A DNA stretch of 64,000 nucleotides, from the NCBI GenBank assembly GCA_036012125.1, contig DASCOS010000011.1, forward strand, positions 68,125-132,124, written 5' to 3'. The position numbers were made by a program, and so were the translations under genes. The notes below the pieces were generated by a model. The model had not been told where the DNA came from. It did no database searches and worked only from the letters and a program-made list of their open reading frames with translations. The stretch comes from Vicinamibacterales bacterium (GTDB lineage: Bacteria > Acidobacteriota > Vicinamibacteria > Vicinamibacterales > UBA823). Every line of letters starts with the position of its first letter. The stretch's first letter is position 1. Shown piece by piece: positions 1-10,402 of the stretch.

Positions 1-146
1 AGCGCCAACATACGAAAACAAAGACGACACAATGCGAACTTTCGCATGTAGGCTCTTGGGCGTCCGCACCGCCAACAGCGATTACGCCGACGCACCTCGA
101 ACTTAGGGGTCTTACTCTCTTTCACTCTCTTGGCTGTCGTTGCCAT
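1..146 (-). CDS. rpsN: 30S ribosomal protein S14, short zinc-binding type Z (5' part; runs off window edge)
   Basis: Not in the ORF track. Reverse complement from the ATG at 144-146 reads [48 protein letters not shown]. This has the CxxC...CxxC pattern of type-Z S14. It sits downstream of rplE as in spc operons. Confidence 0.85.
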   Translation of the reverse strand, partial: MATTAKRVKESKTPKFEVRRRNRCWRCGRPRAYMRKFALCRLCFRMLA

Positions 147-184
147 TACTCTTTACCTACACACTGTTAAATGTATGGTCACCG

Positions 185-727
185 TCAACTCGTCCGAAAG
201 GGCATCCCCATTAATTGCAGGAGCTTCCGGCCTTCTTCATCTGTTCCCGCCGTAGTTACAACTGAGATGTTCATTCCGCGCGTCGTATCGACCTTCATGT
301 AATCGATCTCTAAAAAAATCAATTGGTCTTTCAAACCCAACGTGTAGTTTCCCCGACCGTCAAAACCTCGCAACGAAATGCCACGAAAGTCTCGAACACG
401 CGGCAAGGCCACAGAAATCAAACGGTCAAGGAATTCATACATTTGCTGCCCACGCAGAGTCACCATCGACCCGATTGGCTGTCCTTGCCTTACCTTGAAC
501 TGCGCTACTGACTTCTTTGCCCGTCGAACTACGGCGCGCTGGCCAGTAATCCGACTTAACTCGTCAACACCAACATCAATGAGCTTGACGTTCTGCGTCG
601 CCTCACCCAACCCCATGTTGACAACAATCTTTTCAAGCTTTGGAATAGCCATCACACTACGATAGCCAAACTCCTTACGGAGAGCGGGCATCACTTCGCT
701 GACGTACCGTTCCCGCATCCGGCTCAT
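185..727 (-). CDS. rplE: 50S ribosomal protein L5
   Basis: The ORF translation is typical L5 ([15 protein letters not shown]..., DFRG...[10 protein letters not shown]). Start trimmed to the ATG at 727 (MSRMRERY...), which forms an ATGA overlap with the rplX stop. Confidence 0.95.
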   Translation of the reverse strand: MSRMRERYVSEVMPALRKEFGYRSVMAIPKLEKIVVNMGLGEATQNVKLIDVGVDELSRITGQRAVVRRAKKSVAQFKVRQGQPIGSMVTLRGQQMYEFLDRLISVALPRVRDFRGISLRGFDGRGNYTLGLKDQLIFLEIDYMKVDTTRGMNISVVTTAGTDEEGRKLLQLMGMPFRTS

Positions 728-1053
728 TTGTCGACTACCCCTTCGCACTTCCGGCAAACACGTACCTTTCGTCCTTCACCAAGACGCCTTCCAATCCGAG
801 TGGCGGCACCACACTCAGGACAGATAAGCTGCACGTTGGACACGTGTAGTGATGCTTCGCGCTCAACGATGCCCCCCTTAATGTTTTTTCCTGGGTTCGG
901 TTTCGTATGACGCTTGACGAAGTTCACTCCTTCAACAACGAGGCGGTTGGTATCTGGAATAATTCGAAGCACTCGACCACTTTTACCGCGGTCTCGTCCT
1001 GCGACCACCATCACGTTATCGTTTCGTCGAATCGGCGTCTGCAAGCGGGACAT
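724..1053 (-). CDS. rplX: 50S ribosomal protein L24 (form with C-terminal CxxC...CxxC)
   Basis: KOW-type L24 sequence ([19 protein letters not shown]) plus CPEC...CRKC. Sits between rplN and rplE. Confidence 0.93.
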   Translation of the reverse strand: MSRLQTPIRRNDNVMVVAGRDRGKSGRVLRIIPDTNRLVVEGVNFVKRHTKPNPGKNIKGGIVEREASLHVSNVQLICPECGAATRIGRRLGEGRKVRVCRKCEGVVDK

Positions 1054-1109
1054 GAAAACCTTTCACCTTACCCAAGTCACTAACACAACTGTGCAACTGG
1101 TCGCGAGAC

Positions 1110-1478
1110 TCACAACACCTCAGGCGCGAGAGACACAATTTTCATAAACTTACGTTCACGCAGCTCCCGAGCAACCGGACCAAATACACGGGTCCCTAGT
1201 GGTTCTTTTTGTTCGTTGATCAGTACTGCCGCATTTCGATCAAAACGGATATAACTGCCGTCCCGTCGACGTTGCTCTTTACGTGTCCGCACGATCACCG
1301 CCCTTACAACCTGCCCTTTCTTCACGGCCGAATCTGGCACAGCTTCCTTCACTGACGCCGTCACGATGTCACCGAGGTACGCAAAACGACCCGTGGAGCC
1401 ACCAACCGGATTGATGACCGCGATCTTTCGTGCACCAGAATTGTCGGCCACATCTAAGACCGACTGCATCTGAATCAT
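1110..1478 (-). CDS. rplN: 50S ribosomal protein L14
   Basis: [18 protein letters not shown]... is near-universal L14 sequence. Confidence 0.97.
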   Translation of the reverse strand: MIQMQSVLDVADNSGARKIAVINPVGGSTGRFAYLGDIVTASVKEAVPDSAVKKGQVVRAVIVRTRKEQRRRDGSYIRFDRNAAVLINEQKEPLGTRVFGPVARELRERKFMKIVSLAPEVL

Positions 1479-1496
1479 CGGGGCTGCCCCACTCCT

Positions 1497-1751
1497 CTAA
1501 ACACCACGACTCCGCTTAAGCACTCGCGTCACGACCCATCGCTTGCGCCGACTCATTGGTCGTCCTTCAGCAATAGCCACACGGTCACCAACTTTGGCGT
1601 TATTCGTATCGTCATGTGCCACGAATCTTGATGTGCGCCGCTGCGTCTTACCATATAGGCCGTGCCGTATTTGCCGTTCAATCGCTACAACGACACTCTT
1701 TTCCATTTTGTCGCTGACAACGATTCCTTGAACCTCAGATTTAGTTGCCAT
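1497..1751 (-). CDS. rpsQ: 30S ribosomal protein S17
   Basis: GIVVSDKMEKSVVVAIER...YGK pattern, and the expected operon position. Confidence 0.93.
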   Translation of the reverse strand: MATKSEVQGIVVSDKMEKSVVVAIERQIRHGLYGKTQRRTSRFVAHDDTNNAKVGDRVAIAEGRPMSRRKRWVVTRVLKRSRGV

Positions 1752-1755
1752 TACG

Positions 1756-1992
1756 TCACTCGCCCACTACCTCATCGGTTGATCTCGTTGTAATCTCTTG
1801 ATTACGTTCGTTCTCACGCAATAACGTCTTCACTCGTGCTAAGTCGCGACGAGTTTCTCGAAGTGTGAAAGATGAATCTAGTTGCCCCATCCCCTTCTGA
1901 ATACGTAACCGAAACACCTGTTCATCTAGGTCACGTTCCCGATGCCGAAGGTCTTCGTCCGTGAGTTCACGAAAGTCAGCAATTTTCGTCAT
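1756..1992 (-). CDS. rpmC: 50S ribosomal protein L29
   Basis: Small helical protein between rplP and rpsQ with L29-like ELR...L..EL..LRFQ pattern. It has a slightly long C-terminal tail. Confidence 0.88.
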   Translation of the reverse strand: MTKIADFRELTDEDLRHRERDLDEQVFRLRIQKGMGQLDSSFTLRETRRDLARVKTLLRENERNQEITTRSTDEVVGE

Positions 1993-1997
1993 GACAC

Positions 1998-2411
1998 CTA
2001 CTCTAAGAAGCGGGTCGCAAATTGAGTCCGGATCGGCAACTTTGCCGTAGCACGCCGCATCGCCTCACGGGCATCGGCCTCGTTGACTCCTTCCATCTCA
2101 AAGAGAATTCGCCCAGGACGAACAACGGCAACCCACCCTTCAGGCGAACCTTTACCCTTACCCATCCGCACTTCTTGAGGCTTCTTGGTAATTGGCTTAT
2201 CCGGGAAAACCCGGATCCAGACCTTACCTCCACGCTTGATGAAACGCGTCATGGCAACACGAGCTGCTTCGATCTGACGAGCAGTCATCCAGCACGGTTC
2301 GAGAGCCTTCAAACCATAATCGCCAAACGAAACAGTCGAACCACGCCATGCCTTTCCAGCCATGCGACCTCGCTGCTGCTTCCGATACTTAACCTTCTTC
2401 GGCATCAACAT
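1998..2411 (-). CDS. rplP: 50S ribosomal protein L16
   Basis: [17 protein letters not shown]...[12 protein letters not shown] is canonical L16. Confidence 0.97.
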   Translation of the reverse strand: MLMPKKVKYRKQQRGRMAGKAWRGSTVSFGDYGLKALEPCWMTARQIEAARVAMTRFIKRGGKVWIRVFPDKPITKKPQEVRMGKGKGSPEGWVAVVRPGRILFEMEGVNEADAREAMRRATAKLPIRTQFATRFLE

Positions 2412-2416
2412 GATCG

Positions 2417-3100
2417 TTAACCCATTCGCCGCGGACGACGTGGCGCACTATACTCTTCCTCCTGGCCAATCAAGGGCTTCAGTCGCTCGCCCTTATAGAG
2501 CCAGACCTTCACACCAATCTTCCCGTAGGTCGTACCAGCCTCGGCGAATCCATAGTCAATGTCAGCACGTAGTGTCTGCAGTGGAAGCTGTCCGTGAAGA
2601 TACCACTCGGATCGCGAAATCTCAGCGCCGTTGAGTCGCCCGGACACGCGGACCTTGATACCCTTCGCCCCAAATCTGAGCGCTGACTCAACAGCCTTCC
2701 GCATGGCACGCCTGAACGCCACTCGTTTCTCTAGCTGTAACGCCACCGACTCTCCGATTAACTGAGCGTCAAGCTCGGGCTTTTGGATCTCCTGGATATT
2801 GATAAATACTTCACGGTTGGTTCGCTTCTGCACCTCAATTTTCAATTTGTCGACCTCAGCACCTTTTCGGCCAATGATGATGCCTGGTCGAGACGTGTGA
2901 ATGTCGATCTTCAGCTTATTAGCGGCCCGTTCTATTTCAATCTTCGACACTCCCGCATGCGAGAATCGTTTTTTCAGATCCCGCTTAAGCGCCAAATCTT
3001 CATGCAGCAACTTTGCGTAATCCTTATCCGCATACCACCGAGAGCTCCAAGTCTTATTGAAGCCAAGCCGAAATCCGTACGGATGGACCTTCTGTCCCAT
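2417..3100 (-). CDS. rpsC: 30S ribosomal protein S3
   Basis: [13 protein letters not shown]...KH domain...[10 protein letters not shown]-like; canonical S3. Confidence 0.97.
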   Translation of the reverse strand: MGQKVHPYGFRLGFNKTWSSRWYADKDYAKLLHEDLALKRDLKKRFSHAGVSKIEIERAANKLKIDIHTSRPGIIIGRKGAEVDKLKIEVQKRTNREVFINIQEIQKPELDAQLIGESVALQLEKRVAFRRAMRKAVESALRFGAKGIKVRVSGRLNGAEISRSEWYLHGQLPLQTLRADIDYGFAEAGTTYGKIGVKVWLYKGERLKPLIGQEEEYSAPRRPRRMG

Positions 3101-3116
3101 TTCTATGTCCTCAACG

Positions 3117-3596
3117 TCAGTTACTTTTTTGCCGTTTCACCGCTGACTTACGCGGGGACCGTTTCTTCTTCGACACTGACGTAGACTGTGCTACCTGACG
3201 CTCCTCAGTATCGTCCTCTTCCGATTCCAATTGAACAGCTTCAACTGACCCAACTGTTCGCTCACCCACTTGCACGGTTAAATGCGCCGTCCGCTTCACA
3301 ATCCTAAAAGCTCTACCCATCGGCGCAGGACGGACACGCTTCTGCGACGGACCTCCGTTGGCGTAGCAGGCCGTAACCACCAACCGTTCAACATCGCCAT
3401 TAAAACCGTCCCTCTGCTGAGCATTTGCAATGGCGGAACGAAGTACCTTTTCAATGTCTCGAGCGACCGCCTTACGCGTATAACGAAGTACGGCCAGCGC
3501 GGAATTAACATTGCGACCTCGAATCACGTCGAGGACAAGTTTGGCCTTCTGCGCCGAAGTGCGAACGTAGCGAGCAGTGGCGCTAGCTTCTATCAC
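3117..3596 (-). CDS. rplV: 50S ribosomal protein L22 with a roughly 45-aa acidic/basic C-terminal extension
   Basis: The N-terminal 110 aa are typical L22 ([21 protein letters not shown]). The start forms an ATGA overlap with the rpsS stop. Confidence 0.93.
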   Translation of the reverse strand: MIEASATARYVRTSAQKAKLVLDVIRGRNVNSALAVLRYTRKAVARDIEKVLRSAIANAQQRDGFNGDVERLVVTACYANGGPSQKRVRPAPMGRAFRIVKRTAHLTVQVGERTVGSVEAVQLESEEDDTEERQVAQSTSVSKKKRSPRKSAVKRQKSN

Positions 3597-3913
3597 GACG
3601 AGGCTCCTGGCGGCATCCTAGGCGCACTGGCGGCCACGGTGGCAGCCTTTTCACTCTTGGTAGTGTGGCCCTTGAATTGGCGAGTCGGTGAAAACTCGCC
3701 CAGCTTGTGACCCACCATGTTTTCGGTGATATAGGCCGGAATAAACTTGCGCCCGTTATGCACAGCGATCGTGTGACCGACCATCTCCGGCACGACTGTC
3801 GAACGCCGAGACCAAGTCTTGATGACCTTCTTATTACCACCACGATTCATGATCTCGACCTTCTCAAGCAACGATAAGTCGACAAACGGGCCCTTTTTCA
3901 GCGATCTACTCAT
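3593..3913 (-). CDS. rpsS: 30S ribosomal protein S19 (short C-terminal extension)
   Basis: [12 protein letters not shown]...[27 protein letters not shown] is canonical S19. Confidence 0.96.
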   Translation of the reverse strand: MSRSLKKGPFVDLSLLEKVEIMNRGGNKKVIKTWSRRSTVVPEMVGHTIAVHNGRKFIPAYITENMVGHKLGEFSPTRQFKGHTTKSEKAATVAASAPRMPPGASS

Positions 3914-3924
3914 AGTGTCCTTCG

Positions 3925-4761
3925 CTATTTCGACTTGCGCTTTGCCCGCCGTTTTATAATGAATCGGTCGGTCATCTTGCGGTTACGGGTTCTGTAACCC
4001 TTTGTAGGCATGCCCCAAGGAGACACCGGGTGTCGACCACCAGCGGTCTTACCCTCACCACCACCTAGCGGATGGTCTACCGGATTCATGGCCGACCCAC
4101 GAACGTGCGGACGCTTCCCCTTCCAGCGGTTGCGCCCTGCCTTACCAATCGACACATTTTCATGGTCCAGGTTGCCGACCTGACCAATAGTTGCAAAACA
4201 CTCAATATTAATACGACGCACTTCACCCGAAGGCATTCTCATCGACGCGTATGCACCCTCTTTTGCAACCAGCTGGACAGAAGAGCCAGCACTGCGCGCA
4301 ATCTGCCCACCCTTGCCTGGGCGTAACTCAACATTGTGCACCTGCGTTCCCAGAGGAATATTCTTTAGCGGTAGTGCATTTCCCCGAAGAATGTCGACTT
4401 GATCCCCCGCGACTATCGTATCGCCGACCTTAACGCCTTCTGGTTGAAGAATGTATCGCTTCTCTCCATCAGCATAGGTCACTAGGGCGATGCGCGCCGA
4501 CCGGTTCGGGTCGTATTCAATTGTTGAAACCGTCGCCGGCACGTCACGCTTTGAACGCTTAAAATCAATAATGCGATACCGACGCTTGTGTCCACCTCCA
4601 CGCCACCAAGAGGTCTGCTGCCCGGTGTTATTCCGACCGCCTGTGCGATGCAACGGTTCAGTGAGCGGCTTATACGGACCAACAGACGTAATCTCATCGA
4701 AGGTCTGCACCGTTTGAAACCGTCGGCCGGCCGATGTCGGCTTGTATTTACGAATAGCCAT
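3925..4761 (-). CDS. rplB: 50S ribosomal protein L2
   Basis: [14 protein letters not shown]...[18 protein letters not shown] is canonical L2. Confidence 0.97.
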   Translation of the reverse strand: MAIRKYKPTSAGRRFQTVQTFDEITSVGPYKPLTEPLHRTGGRNNTGQQTSWWRGGGHKRRYRIIDFKRSKRDVPATVSTIEYDPNRSARIALVTYADGEKRYILQPEGVKVGDTIVAGDQVDILRGNALPLKNIPLGTQVHNVELRPGKGGQIARSAGSSVQLVAKEGAYASMRMPSGEVRRINIECFATIGQVGNLDHENVSIGKAGRNRWKGKRPHVRGSAMNPVDHPLGGGEGKTAGGRHPVSPWGMPTKGYRTRNRKMTDRFIIKRRAKRKSK

Positions 4762-4778
4762 TTTGCCCTTTATTAAAC

Positions 4779-5069
4779 CTAGGCACCCTCAAGGAACTCC
4801 GGCATCTTTTCACCGTCACGAAGACGGACGTACGCTTTCTTCCAATCTGGACGCTGCCCGACAAACCGCCCTTGCCGTTTCGTCTTGCCATGGGTGATCG
4901 AGGTCCTAACACTGGCCACCTTAATCTTAAATAACTGCTCAACAGCCTGCTTGACCTCAATCTTCGTTGCATTCATCGCAACTTGAAACGCGAGCGTCAG
5001 GCCGTCTTCCCGCATAACAGTCGTTTTCTCCGTGATAAGTGGCCGTCGGATCACCTCTGTAAGTTTCAT
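4779..5069 (-). CDS. rplW: 50S ribosomal protein L23
   Basis: [10 protein letters not shown]...FQV motif. Sits between rplD and rplB, and its start overlaps the rplD stop. Confidence 0.93.
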   Translation of the reverse strand: MKLTEVIRRPLITEKTTVMREDGLTLAFQVAMNATKIEVKQAVEQLFKIKVASVRTSITHGKTKRQGRFVGQRPDWKKAYVRLRDGEKMPEFLEGA

Positions 5070-5689
5070 TGTGCGAACCCTGCCTGTAGCGCCTCGATTG
5101 CGGCCTGAGTCGTAATCACACGGCTCGACTCCATAACGTCGCGCGCCGTCAAATGAGTTACACCAACCAGGCGCACACCTTCGATATTCCTGACCGACAG
5201 TAGCAGCTTGCTATCCGGCGTCACGTCAATCATTAGGACGCTCCGATGTGCACCAAGCCGATCGAGTAATTCGCCTGCAAGTTTTGTCTTGACCTCACTA
5301 AGCGCCAACTTATCCACCACAGTCACGCTACTCTCAGAAATCCGTTGGGACAAGGCTGCGCGCAGCGCTCCTCGCCGCATCTTTCGCGGCATTGCGTAAT
5401 CATAGGACCGAGGCTTTGGCCCAAACACCGTCCCACCTTTTCGCCATATCGGATTCCTAATATCGCCCGTTCGCGCTCGTCCGGTGCCCTTTTGCCGCCA
5501 AGGTTTGTTGCCGCTACCACTAACGAGACCTCGGGTTTTGGTCGCATGGGTGCCCCGCCGATCGACCGCATTCTGATACACAACCGCTTCCCAAATAAGC
5601 CCAGTGTTCACACGCTCGCCGAATATCTTAGGATCGAGATTGACAGAACCAACTTTCTTGTTCTGTTCATTCACAACGTCTACAGTCAT
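5066..5689 (-). CDS. rplD: 50S ribosomal protein L4
   Basis: L4 motifs are present ([23 protein letters not shown]). The track start at 5701 is TTG. The ATG at 5689 is preceded by GGAGA at 5-nt spacing, so it is preferred. Confidence 0.93.
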   Translation of the reverse strand: MTVDVVNEQNKKVGSVNLDPKIFGERVNTGLIWEAVVYQNAVDRRGTHATKTRGLVSGSGNKPWRQKGTGRARTGDIRNPIWRKGGTVFGPKPRSYDYAMPRKMRRGALRAALSQRISESSVTVVDKLALSEVKTKLAGELLDRLGAHRSVLMIDVTPDSKLLLSVRNIEGVRLVGVTHLTARDVMESSRVITTQAAIEALQAGFAQ

Positions 5690-5722
5690 GCACGTCTCCA
5701 ACTCGCCGTTATCGGAGCCAAG

Positions 5723-6403
5723 CTACTTCTTATCCTTAGATGCGTCTTTCGGTCCAACCTGAACCGGTCGTCTCGCAGCAATTGCCTTTCGAACAAGCAC
5801 ATAACTACCTGGCGCTCCAGGTACAGCGCCTTGGACGATCAGTAAGTGGTTTTCTTCATCGACTCGTACCACCTGCAGACTACGTACAGTCACACGACGA
5901 CCTCCCATCCTGCCTGGTCCCCGCATTCCCTTAATAACGCGAGACGGATACGACGAAGCACCGATTGACCCCGGTGCACGATGAAACATAGACCCGTGGG
6001 TCGCACGCCCTCCCGAAAATCCGTGCCGCTTCATCACTCCTTGAAACCCCTTACCGCGGCCCGTGCCAATTACATCCACGCGATCACCGCCGGCGAACAT
6101 CGACGCCAGCACTTGATCGCCCGGCTTCATCGGTTCCTCGCCGGGCACCGTTGCAACTTCCCGGAGAATCCTCGTCGGTGGAAGTTCTGCTTTATTGAAA
6201 TGACCGGCAATCGGTTTTGTCACTCTAGCTGGCCCCTCCTCGACTAGACCGAGTTGCACTGCTTCGTATCCGTCCTTGGTCGACGTTTTCGCCTGTACAA
6301 CAACACAAGGCCCAGCTTTAATGACGGTCGCAGGTCGGACCCTGCCACCCTCATCGAAGAGCTGCGTCATCCCAACTTTCTTTCCAATAATGCCTGTGAC
6401 CAT
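5723..6403 (-). CDS. rplC: 50S ribosomal protein L3
   Basis: [13 protein letters not shown]...[10 protein letters not shown] is canonical L3. There are three in-frame ATGs (6415, 6406, 6403). I chose 6403 on GAGG spacing and on similarity to E. coli MIGLVGKKVGMT. The start is ambiguous by up to 12 nt. Confidence 0.9.
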   Translation of the reverse strand: MVTGIIGKKVGMTQLFDEGGRVRPATVIKAGPCVVVQAKTSTKDGYEAVQLGLVEEGPARVTKPIAGHFNKAELPPTRILREVATVPGEEPMKPGDQVLASMFAGGDRVDVIGTGRGKGFQGVMKRHGFSGGRATHGSMFHRAPGSIGASSYPSRVIKGMRGPGRMGGRRVTVRSLQVVRVDEENHLLIVQGAVPGAPGSYVLVRKAIAARRPVQVGPKDASKDKK

Positions 6404-6432
6404 CATGGCCCTCATAGTCCTTAGGACGTGAA

Positions 6433-6765
6433 TTACTTGTGCTCCTTACCAAAGGCCTTAATCTCAACATCCACGCCCGCAGGCAAATCAAGCTTCATTA
6501 GTGCATCCACCGTCTGTGGCGTCGGCTCAAAAATATCAATGAGTCGTTTGTGAGTACGGATCTCAAACTGCTCGCGGGACTTCTTATCGACGTGCGGTGA
6601 TCGTAGAACCGTCCACTTATTCTTCTCCGTGGGTAACGGAATAGGACCGGCGAGCTGGGCCCCGGTCCGCTTCGCCGTATCGACGATCTCCGTGGTCGAC
6701 TGATCAAGTACCCGGTAGTCGTACGCCTTCAGGCGAATTCGAATCTTGTCACTGAACGTGGCCAT
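6433..6765 (-). CDS. rpsJ: 30S ribosomal protein S10
   Basis: [14 protein letters not shown]...GPIPLPT is canonical S10. It lies directly downstream of fusA. Confidence 0.97.
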   Translation of the reverse strand: MATFSDKIRIRLKAYDYRVLDQSTTEIVDTAKRTGAQLAGPIPLPTEKNKWTVLRSPHVDKKSREQFEIRTHKRLIDIFEPTPQTVDALMKLDLPAGVDVEIKAFGKEHK

Positions 6766-6807
6766 CTCATCTTCCCCACTTTACCGACATCGTCCAACTA
6801 ACATCCG

Positions 6808-8913
6808 TTACCGACCAAGAACGCGCGCAACGACTTCCTCGCTCACCTGTTCAGGGGCCGGCTCGTACTGAAAGAAATGCATCGAGTGCGTTGCACGCCC
6901 TTGCGTGCGGGACCGTAAGTCAGTGGCATAGCCAAACATGGCTGACAGCGGCACAAACGCGGTCACGATTTGCGTACCACCACGCGCTTCCATCGAGTGG
7001 ATACGCCCCCGACGCCCTTTCATGTCGCTCATCGTGTCGCCTAAGTAATCCTCTGGCACTACAATTTCAACGCGCATAACGGGCTCGAGTAGAATCGGCC
7101 CAGCCTTCTTCGCTGCATTTCGAAATGCCATTGACCCAGCGATTTTGAATGCTACTTCTGAGGAATCTACCGCATGAAAAGAACCGTCATAGAGTGAAAC
7201 GCTTAAATCGTCGAGGGGGTACCCGGCAAGAACACCGGTCGTCATCGCTTCGCGAATACCTCCCTCTACAGGTTTAATGAACTCTCTTGGGATGGCACCG
7301 CCCACAATGTCGTTAACGAATTTAAAGCCAGTACCGGGCTTACCTGGTTCAATCCGGATCTTCACGTGACCATACTGCCCACGTCCACCAGTTTGCTTCA
7401 CATACCGACCCTCTCCTGCGGATGGCTTTGTTAAGGTTTCCTTGTAAGCCACTTGCGGCCGGCCGACGCTGGCCGCCACGCCGAACTCCCGCTGAAGCCG
7501 GTCAACGATGATCTCCAGATGCAATTCACCCATACCGGAGATAACAACTTGGCCCGTCTCGTGGTCCGTCCGAACCTGAAAGGTTGGGTCTTCGGCACTC
7601 AGCTTCGCCATGCCCTGTCCAAGCTTTTCTTGGTCAGTACGGGTACGCGGCTCAATTGCGAGTGAAATAACTGGTTCAGGAAACTCCATCGCCTCAAGTG
7701 TGATCGGATATCTTCGGTCACATAGCGTGTCACCCGTTGCCATGCTCCTTAAACCAACCGCCGCCGCAATATCACCCGCGTAAACCTCGTTGATCTCCTC
7801 ACGCTTATTAGCGTGCATCTTTAAAAGTCGCCCAAGACGCTCGCTGCGGTCTTTCGTTGGGTTGTAGACCGATGCGCCGGTCTTCATAACCCCAGAATAG
7901 ACCCGAAAGAAGGTCAGTTGCCCAACGAATGGGTCAGTAAGAATCTTAAAAGCCAGTGCTGAAAACACAGCGTCGTCACTCGCTTCCCGCTCAACAACCG
8001 TCTCTTCAGCCTGTGTCGGGTCTAGGCCGGTAACGGAGGGCACGTCAGTGGGGGACGGCAAATAATTCACAACGGCATCAAGGAGCGGCTGAATTCCCTT
8101 ATTCTTAAACGCGGCACCACACAAAACTGGTACGAATGGCGCCTGTTCACTACGCACCGACTCGATGACGCGACGACGTAGTGTAGCGATGATGTCATCA
8201 TCAGCCATCGGTTCACCGCGAAGGTACTTCTCTAGCAGTTCATCGTTAGCTTCACTGACCTTCTCTACCAACTGCTCTCGGTAAATCGTCGCCTCAGGCA
8301 TCATCGATTCAGGAATTTCCTGAATGAGCGATTCCGCTCCCAAGGTCTCATCGGCATAACGAATCACCTTCATACTGATCAAATCAATCACGCCCTGAAA
8401 TTCAGCTTCAGAGCCAAACGGAATCTGCAAGGCAATCGGATTCGCTTGCAACTTCGTCCTAATCTGATCAAGTGTGCGAGCAAAATCAGCCCCCACACGG
8501 TCCATCTTATTTACGAAACAAATCCGTGGAACACGATACTTGTCGGCCTGACGCCAAACGGTCTCCGTCTGAGGCTCAACACCAGCGACAGCATCGAACA
8601 CGGCCACCGCACCATCAAGCACCCTCAGTGAACGTTCAACCTCGGCAGTAAAATCGACGTGGCCAGGCGTATCGATGATGTTGATTCGATGATCACGCCA
8701 AAGGCAGGTAGTGGCTGCGGATGTAATGGTAATCCCACGCTCCTGCTCCTGCGCCATCCAGTCCATCACGGCCGTTCCGTCATGCACTTCGCCGAGCTTG
8801 TAGGTGATACCCGTATAAAACAGAATGCGCTCAGTGGTCGTTGTCTTACCAGCATCAATATGCGCCATGATGCCGATATTGCGCGTCCTGTCGATCGGTG
8901 CCAGCCTCGCCAT
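6808..8913 (-). CDS. fusA: Elongation factor G
   Basis: [25 protein letters not shown] matches the canonical EF-G N-terminus, and all five domains are colinear. The track ORF extends 28 codons further upstream (to 8997), which I consider spurious. Confidence 0.96.
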   Translation of the reverse strand: MARLAPIDRTRNIGIMAHIDAGKTTTTERILFYTGITYKLGEVHDGTAVMDWMAQEQERGITITSAATTCLWRDHRINIIDTPGHVDFTAEVERSLRVLDGAVAVFDAVAGVEPQTETVWRQADKYRVPRICFVNKMDRVGADFARTLDQIRTKLQANPIALQIPFGSEAEFQGVIDLISMKVIRYADETLGAESLIQEIPESMMPEATIYREQLVEKVSEANDELLEKYLRGEPMADDDIIATLRRRVIESVRSEQAPFVPVLCGAAFKNKGIQPLLDAVVNYLPSPTDVPSVTGLDPTQAEETVVEREASDDAVFSALAFKILTDPFVGQLTFFRVYSGVMKTGASVYNPTKDRSERLGRLLKMHANKREEINEVYAGDIAAAVGLRSMATGDTLCDRRYPITLEAMEFPEPVISLAIEPRTRTDQEKLGQGMAKLSAEDPTFQVRTDHETGQVVISGMGELHLEIIVDRLQREFGVAASVGRPQVAYKETLTKPSAGEGRYVKQTGGRGQYGHVKIRIEPGKPGTGFKFVNDIVGGAIPREFIKPVEGGIREAMTTGVLAGYPLDDLSVSLYDGSFHAVDSSEVAFKIAGSMAFRNAAKKAGPILLEPVMRVEIVVPEDYLGDTMSDMKGRRGRIHSMEARGGTQIVTAFVPLSAMFGYATDLRSRTQGRATHSMHFFQYEPAPEQVSEEVVARVLGR

Positions 8914-9051
8914 GATATCTACGGTCTCGCCACTAGTGGTCGAAGAATTCTCGTCTCGCTTACAACCGGTAGTGAACAAAGGTTCCAAGCCAGCCACCTA
9001 GCTGGCCACCTCAACAAACTTCCCCGTTTTGAGTGGGGACGAATCAATCTG

Positions 9052-9525
9052 TCACCACCGGTAGTGAGCAAAGGCCTTATTCGCCTCTGCCATCCGGTGG
9101 GTATCTTCACGCTTTTTAACAGCCGAGCCACGTAGATTCGATGCGTCGATGAGTTCATTCGCTAGCTTCTCACGCATCGTCTTGCCATCCCCACGCGCAC
9201 GTGCATAACTGACCAACCATCGAATGCTAAGCGACAGCCTACGATTCTGGTGCACTTCGATCGGCACCTGATAATTCGAACCGCCAACCCGGCGAGACTT
9301 CACCTCAAGCGTTGGTTTAACATTGTCTATCGCCTTCTTGAACACTTTGATCGGATCATCGCCGGTCCGTTCTTTGATTAAATCTAGCGACCCGTACAGA
9401 ATCCCCTCTGCCGTACTGCGCTTCCCACTCAACATAATCGTTCGAAGAAACTTCGTAACTAGCGAACTCTTGTAGAGCGGGTCAGGTGGAACGTCGCGTT
9501 TGGCAATTTCGCGTCGGCGTGGCAT
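9052..9525 (-). CDS. rpsG: 30S ribosomal protein S7
   Basis: MPRRREI...PDPLYKS...[16 protein letters not shown] is canonical S7. Confidence 0.97.
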   Translation of the reverse strand: MPRRREIAKRDVPPDPLYKSSLVTKFLRTIMLSGKRSTAEGILYGSLDLIKERTGDDPIKVFKKAIDNVKPTLEVKSRRVGGSNYQVPIEVHQNRRLSLSIRWLVSYARARGDGKTMREKLANELIDASNLRGSAVKKREDTHRMAEANKAFAHYRW

Positions 9526-9576
9526 GTTCGCAATCCCTACTAAAACCTATAAACGACTATCATCAACTCTCGGTCA

Positions 9577-9951
9577 CTATGCTTTAGGCCGCTTCGCCCC
9601 ATACTTAGACCGAGACTGCTTCCTGCTCTGTACACCAACAGCGTCAAGTGTTCCTCGAACGACATGGTAACGAACACCAGGCAGATCCTTAACCCGTCCC
9701 CCACGAATCAAGACTAGCGAGTGTTCCTGAAGGTTATGGCCGACGCCAGGAATGTAGGAGGTGACCTCGATACCATTGGTCAACCGAACGCGCGCGACTT
9801 TACGAAGTGCTGAGTTCGGCTTCTTGGGTGTCTGCGTGAACACCCGTACGCATACACCACGCTTCTGTGGACTCTCCTGAAGCGCTGGACTCTTCGTCTT
9901 GGTAGTAAGCTTCTTTCGTCCGTGGCGTACAAGTTGACTAATAGTTGGCAC
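9577..9951 (-). CDS. rpsL: 30S ribosomal protein S12
   Basis: [14 protein letters not shown]...[16 protein letters not shown] is canonical S12. The canonical N-terminus begins at the GTG at 9949-9951. The track's 8 upstream codons are unlikely to be translated. Confidence 0.94.
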   Translation of the reverse strand: MPTISQLVRHGRKKLTTKTKSPALQESPQKRGVCVRVFTQTPKKPNSALRKVARVRLTNGIEVTSYIPGVGHNLQEHSLVLIRGGRVKDLPGVRYHVVRGTLDAVGVQSRKQSRSKYGAKRPKA

Positions 9952-10402
9952 AAGCACTCCATCGACCGCTTGCACCCCACCGACCGGGGACTAAGCCAAC
10001 AACTCCCCCCCCCCGACCCGGAATGCATTCCGGTCCGTTCCTGCTCCAGGCCTAAAAATGACGTCAAACGTCGATTTGGCGCCTGGAAACCCGAATACCC
10101 TATTTGTGTGTTCGTGCGTGGACTACCGCGCAATCACTCAGGTGAAGAAGCGCTTCGTGGAGACGGCTCGAAACCGCAGCCACCGCTTCCTCTTCTGCCT
10201 CTACGTCGGCTTCGGCTTCCGATGAGGCGGAGCGGAGCTAGATAGGGTTTCCTAACTCCGATACAACCTTGCGAGGATACCACAACAGAAAAACTTGAAG
10301 CAAGTCCTTCGTCCGCCACGACTTAGCGTGTCGGAGTCGTCGGCCGAAGGCCAGCGGCTTGAACCACTATAAAATTGACTCTTCTGGGCTAGCCCTTATT
10401 CG

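Noticed and set aside
724-1053. A CxxC...CxxC zinc-ribbon at the C-terminus of L24, and Cys4 forms of S14 and L33.
   Set aside because: Zinc-binding (C+) versions of these ribosomal proteins are well known (for example Thermus L24, type-Z S14). There are no C- paralogues in the window to suggest zinc-dependent switching.
6766-6807. The absence of tuf between fusA and rpsJ, which looked like a deletion in the str operon.
   Set aside because: A single tuf in the tRNA-tuf-(rpmG)-secE-nusG context, with rpsL-rpsG-fusA running straight into rpsJ, is an established arrangement in several bacterial phyla.
8914-8997. A 28-codon N-terminal extension of EF-G in the ORF track.
   Set aside because: The canonical EF-G N-terminus ([15 protein letters not shown]...) starts at the internal ATG at 8913. 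The extension has no counterpart in EF-G.
10134-10319. A 61-aa minus-strand ORF in the rpoC-rpsL spacer.
   Set aside because: The sequence is Arg/Gly/Ser-rich and low in complexity, with no Shine-Dalgarno and no recognisable family. It is most likely non-coding.
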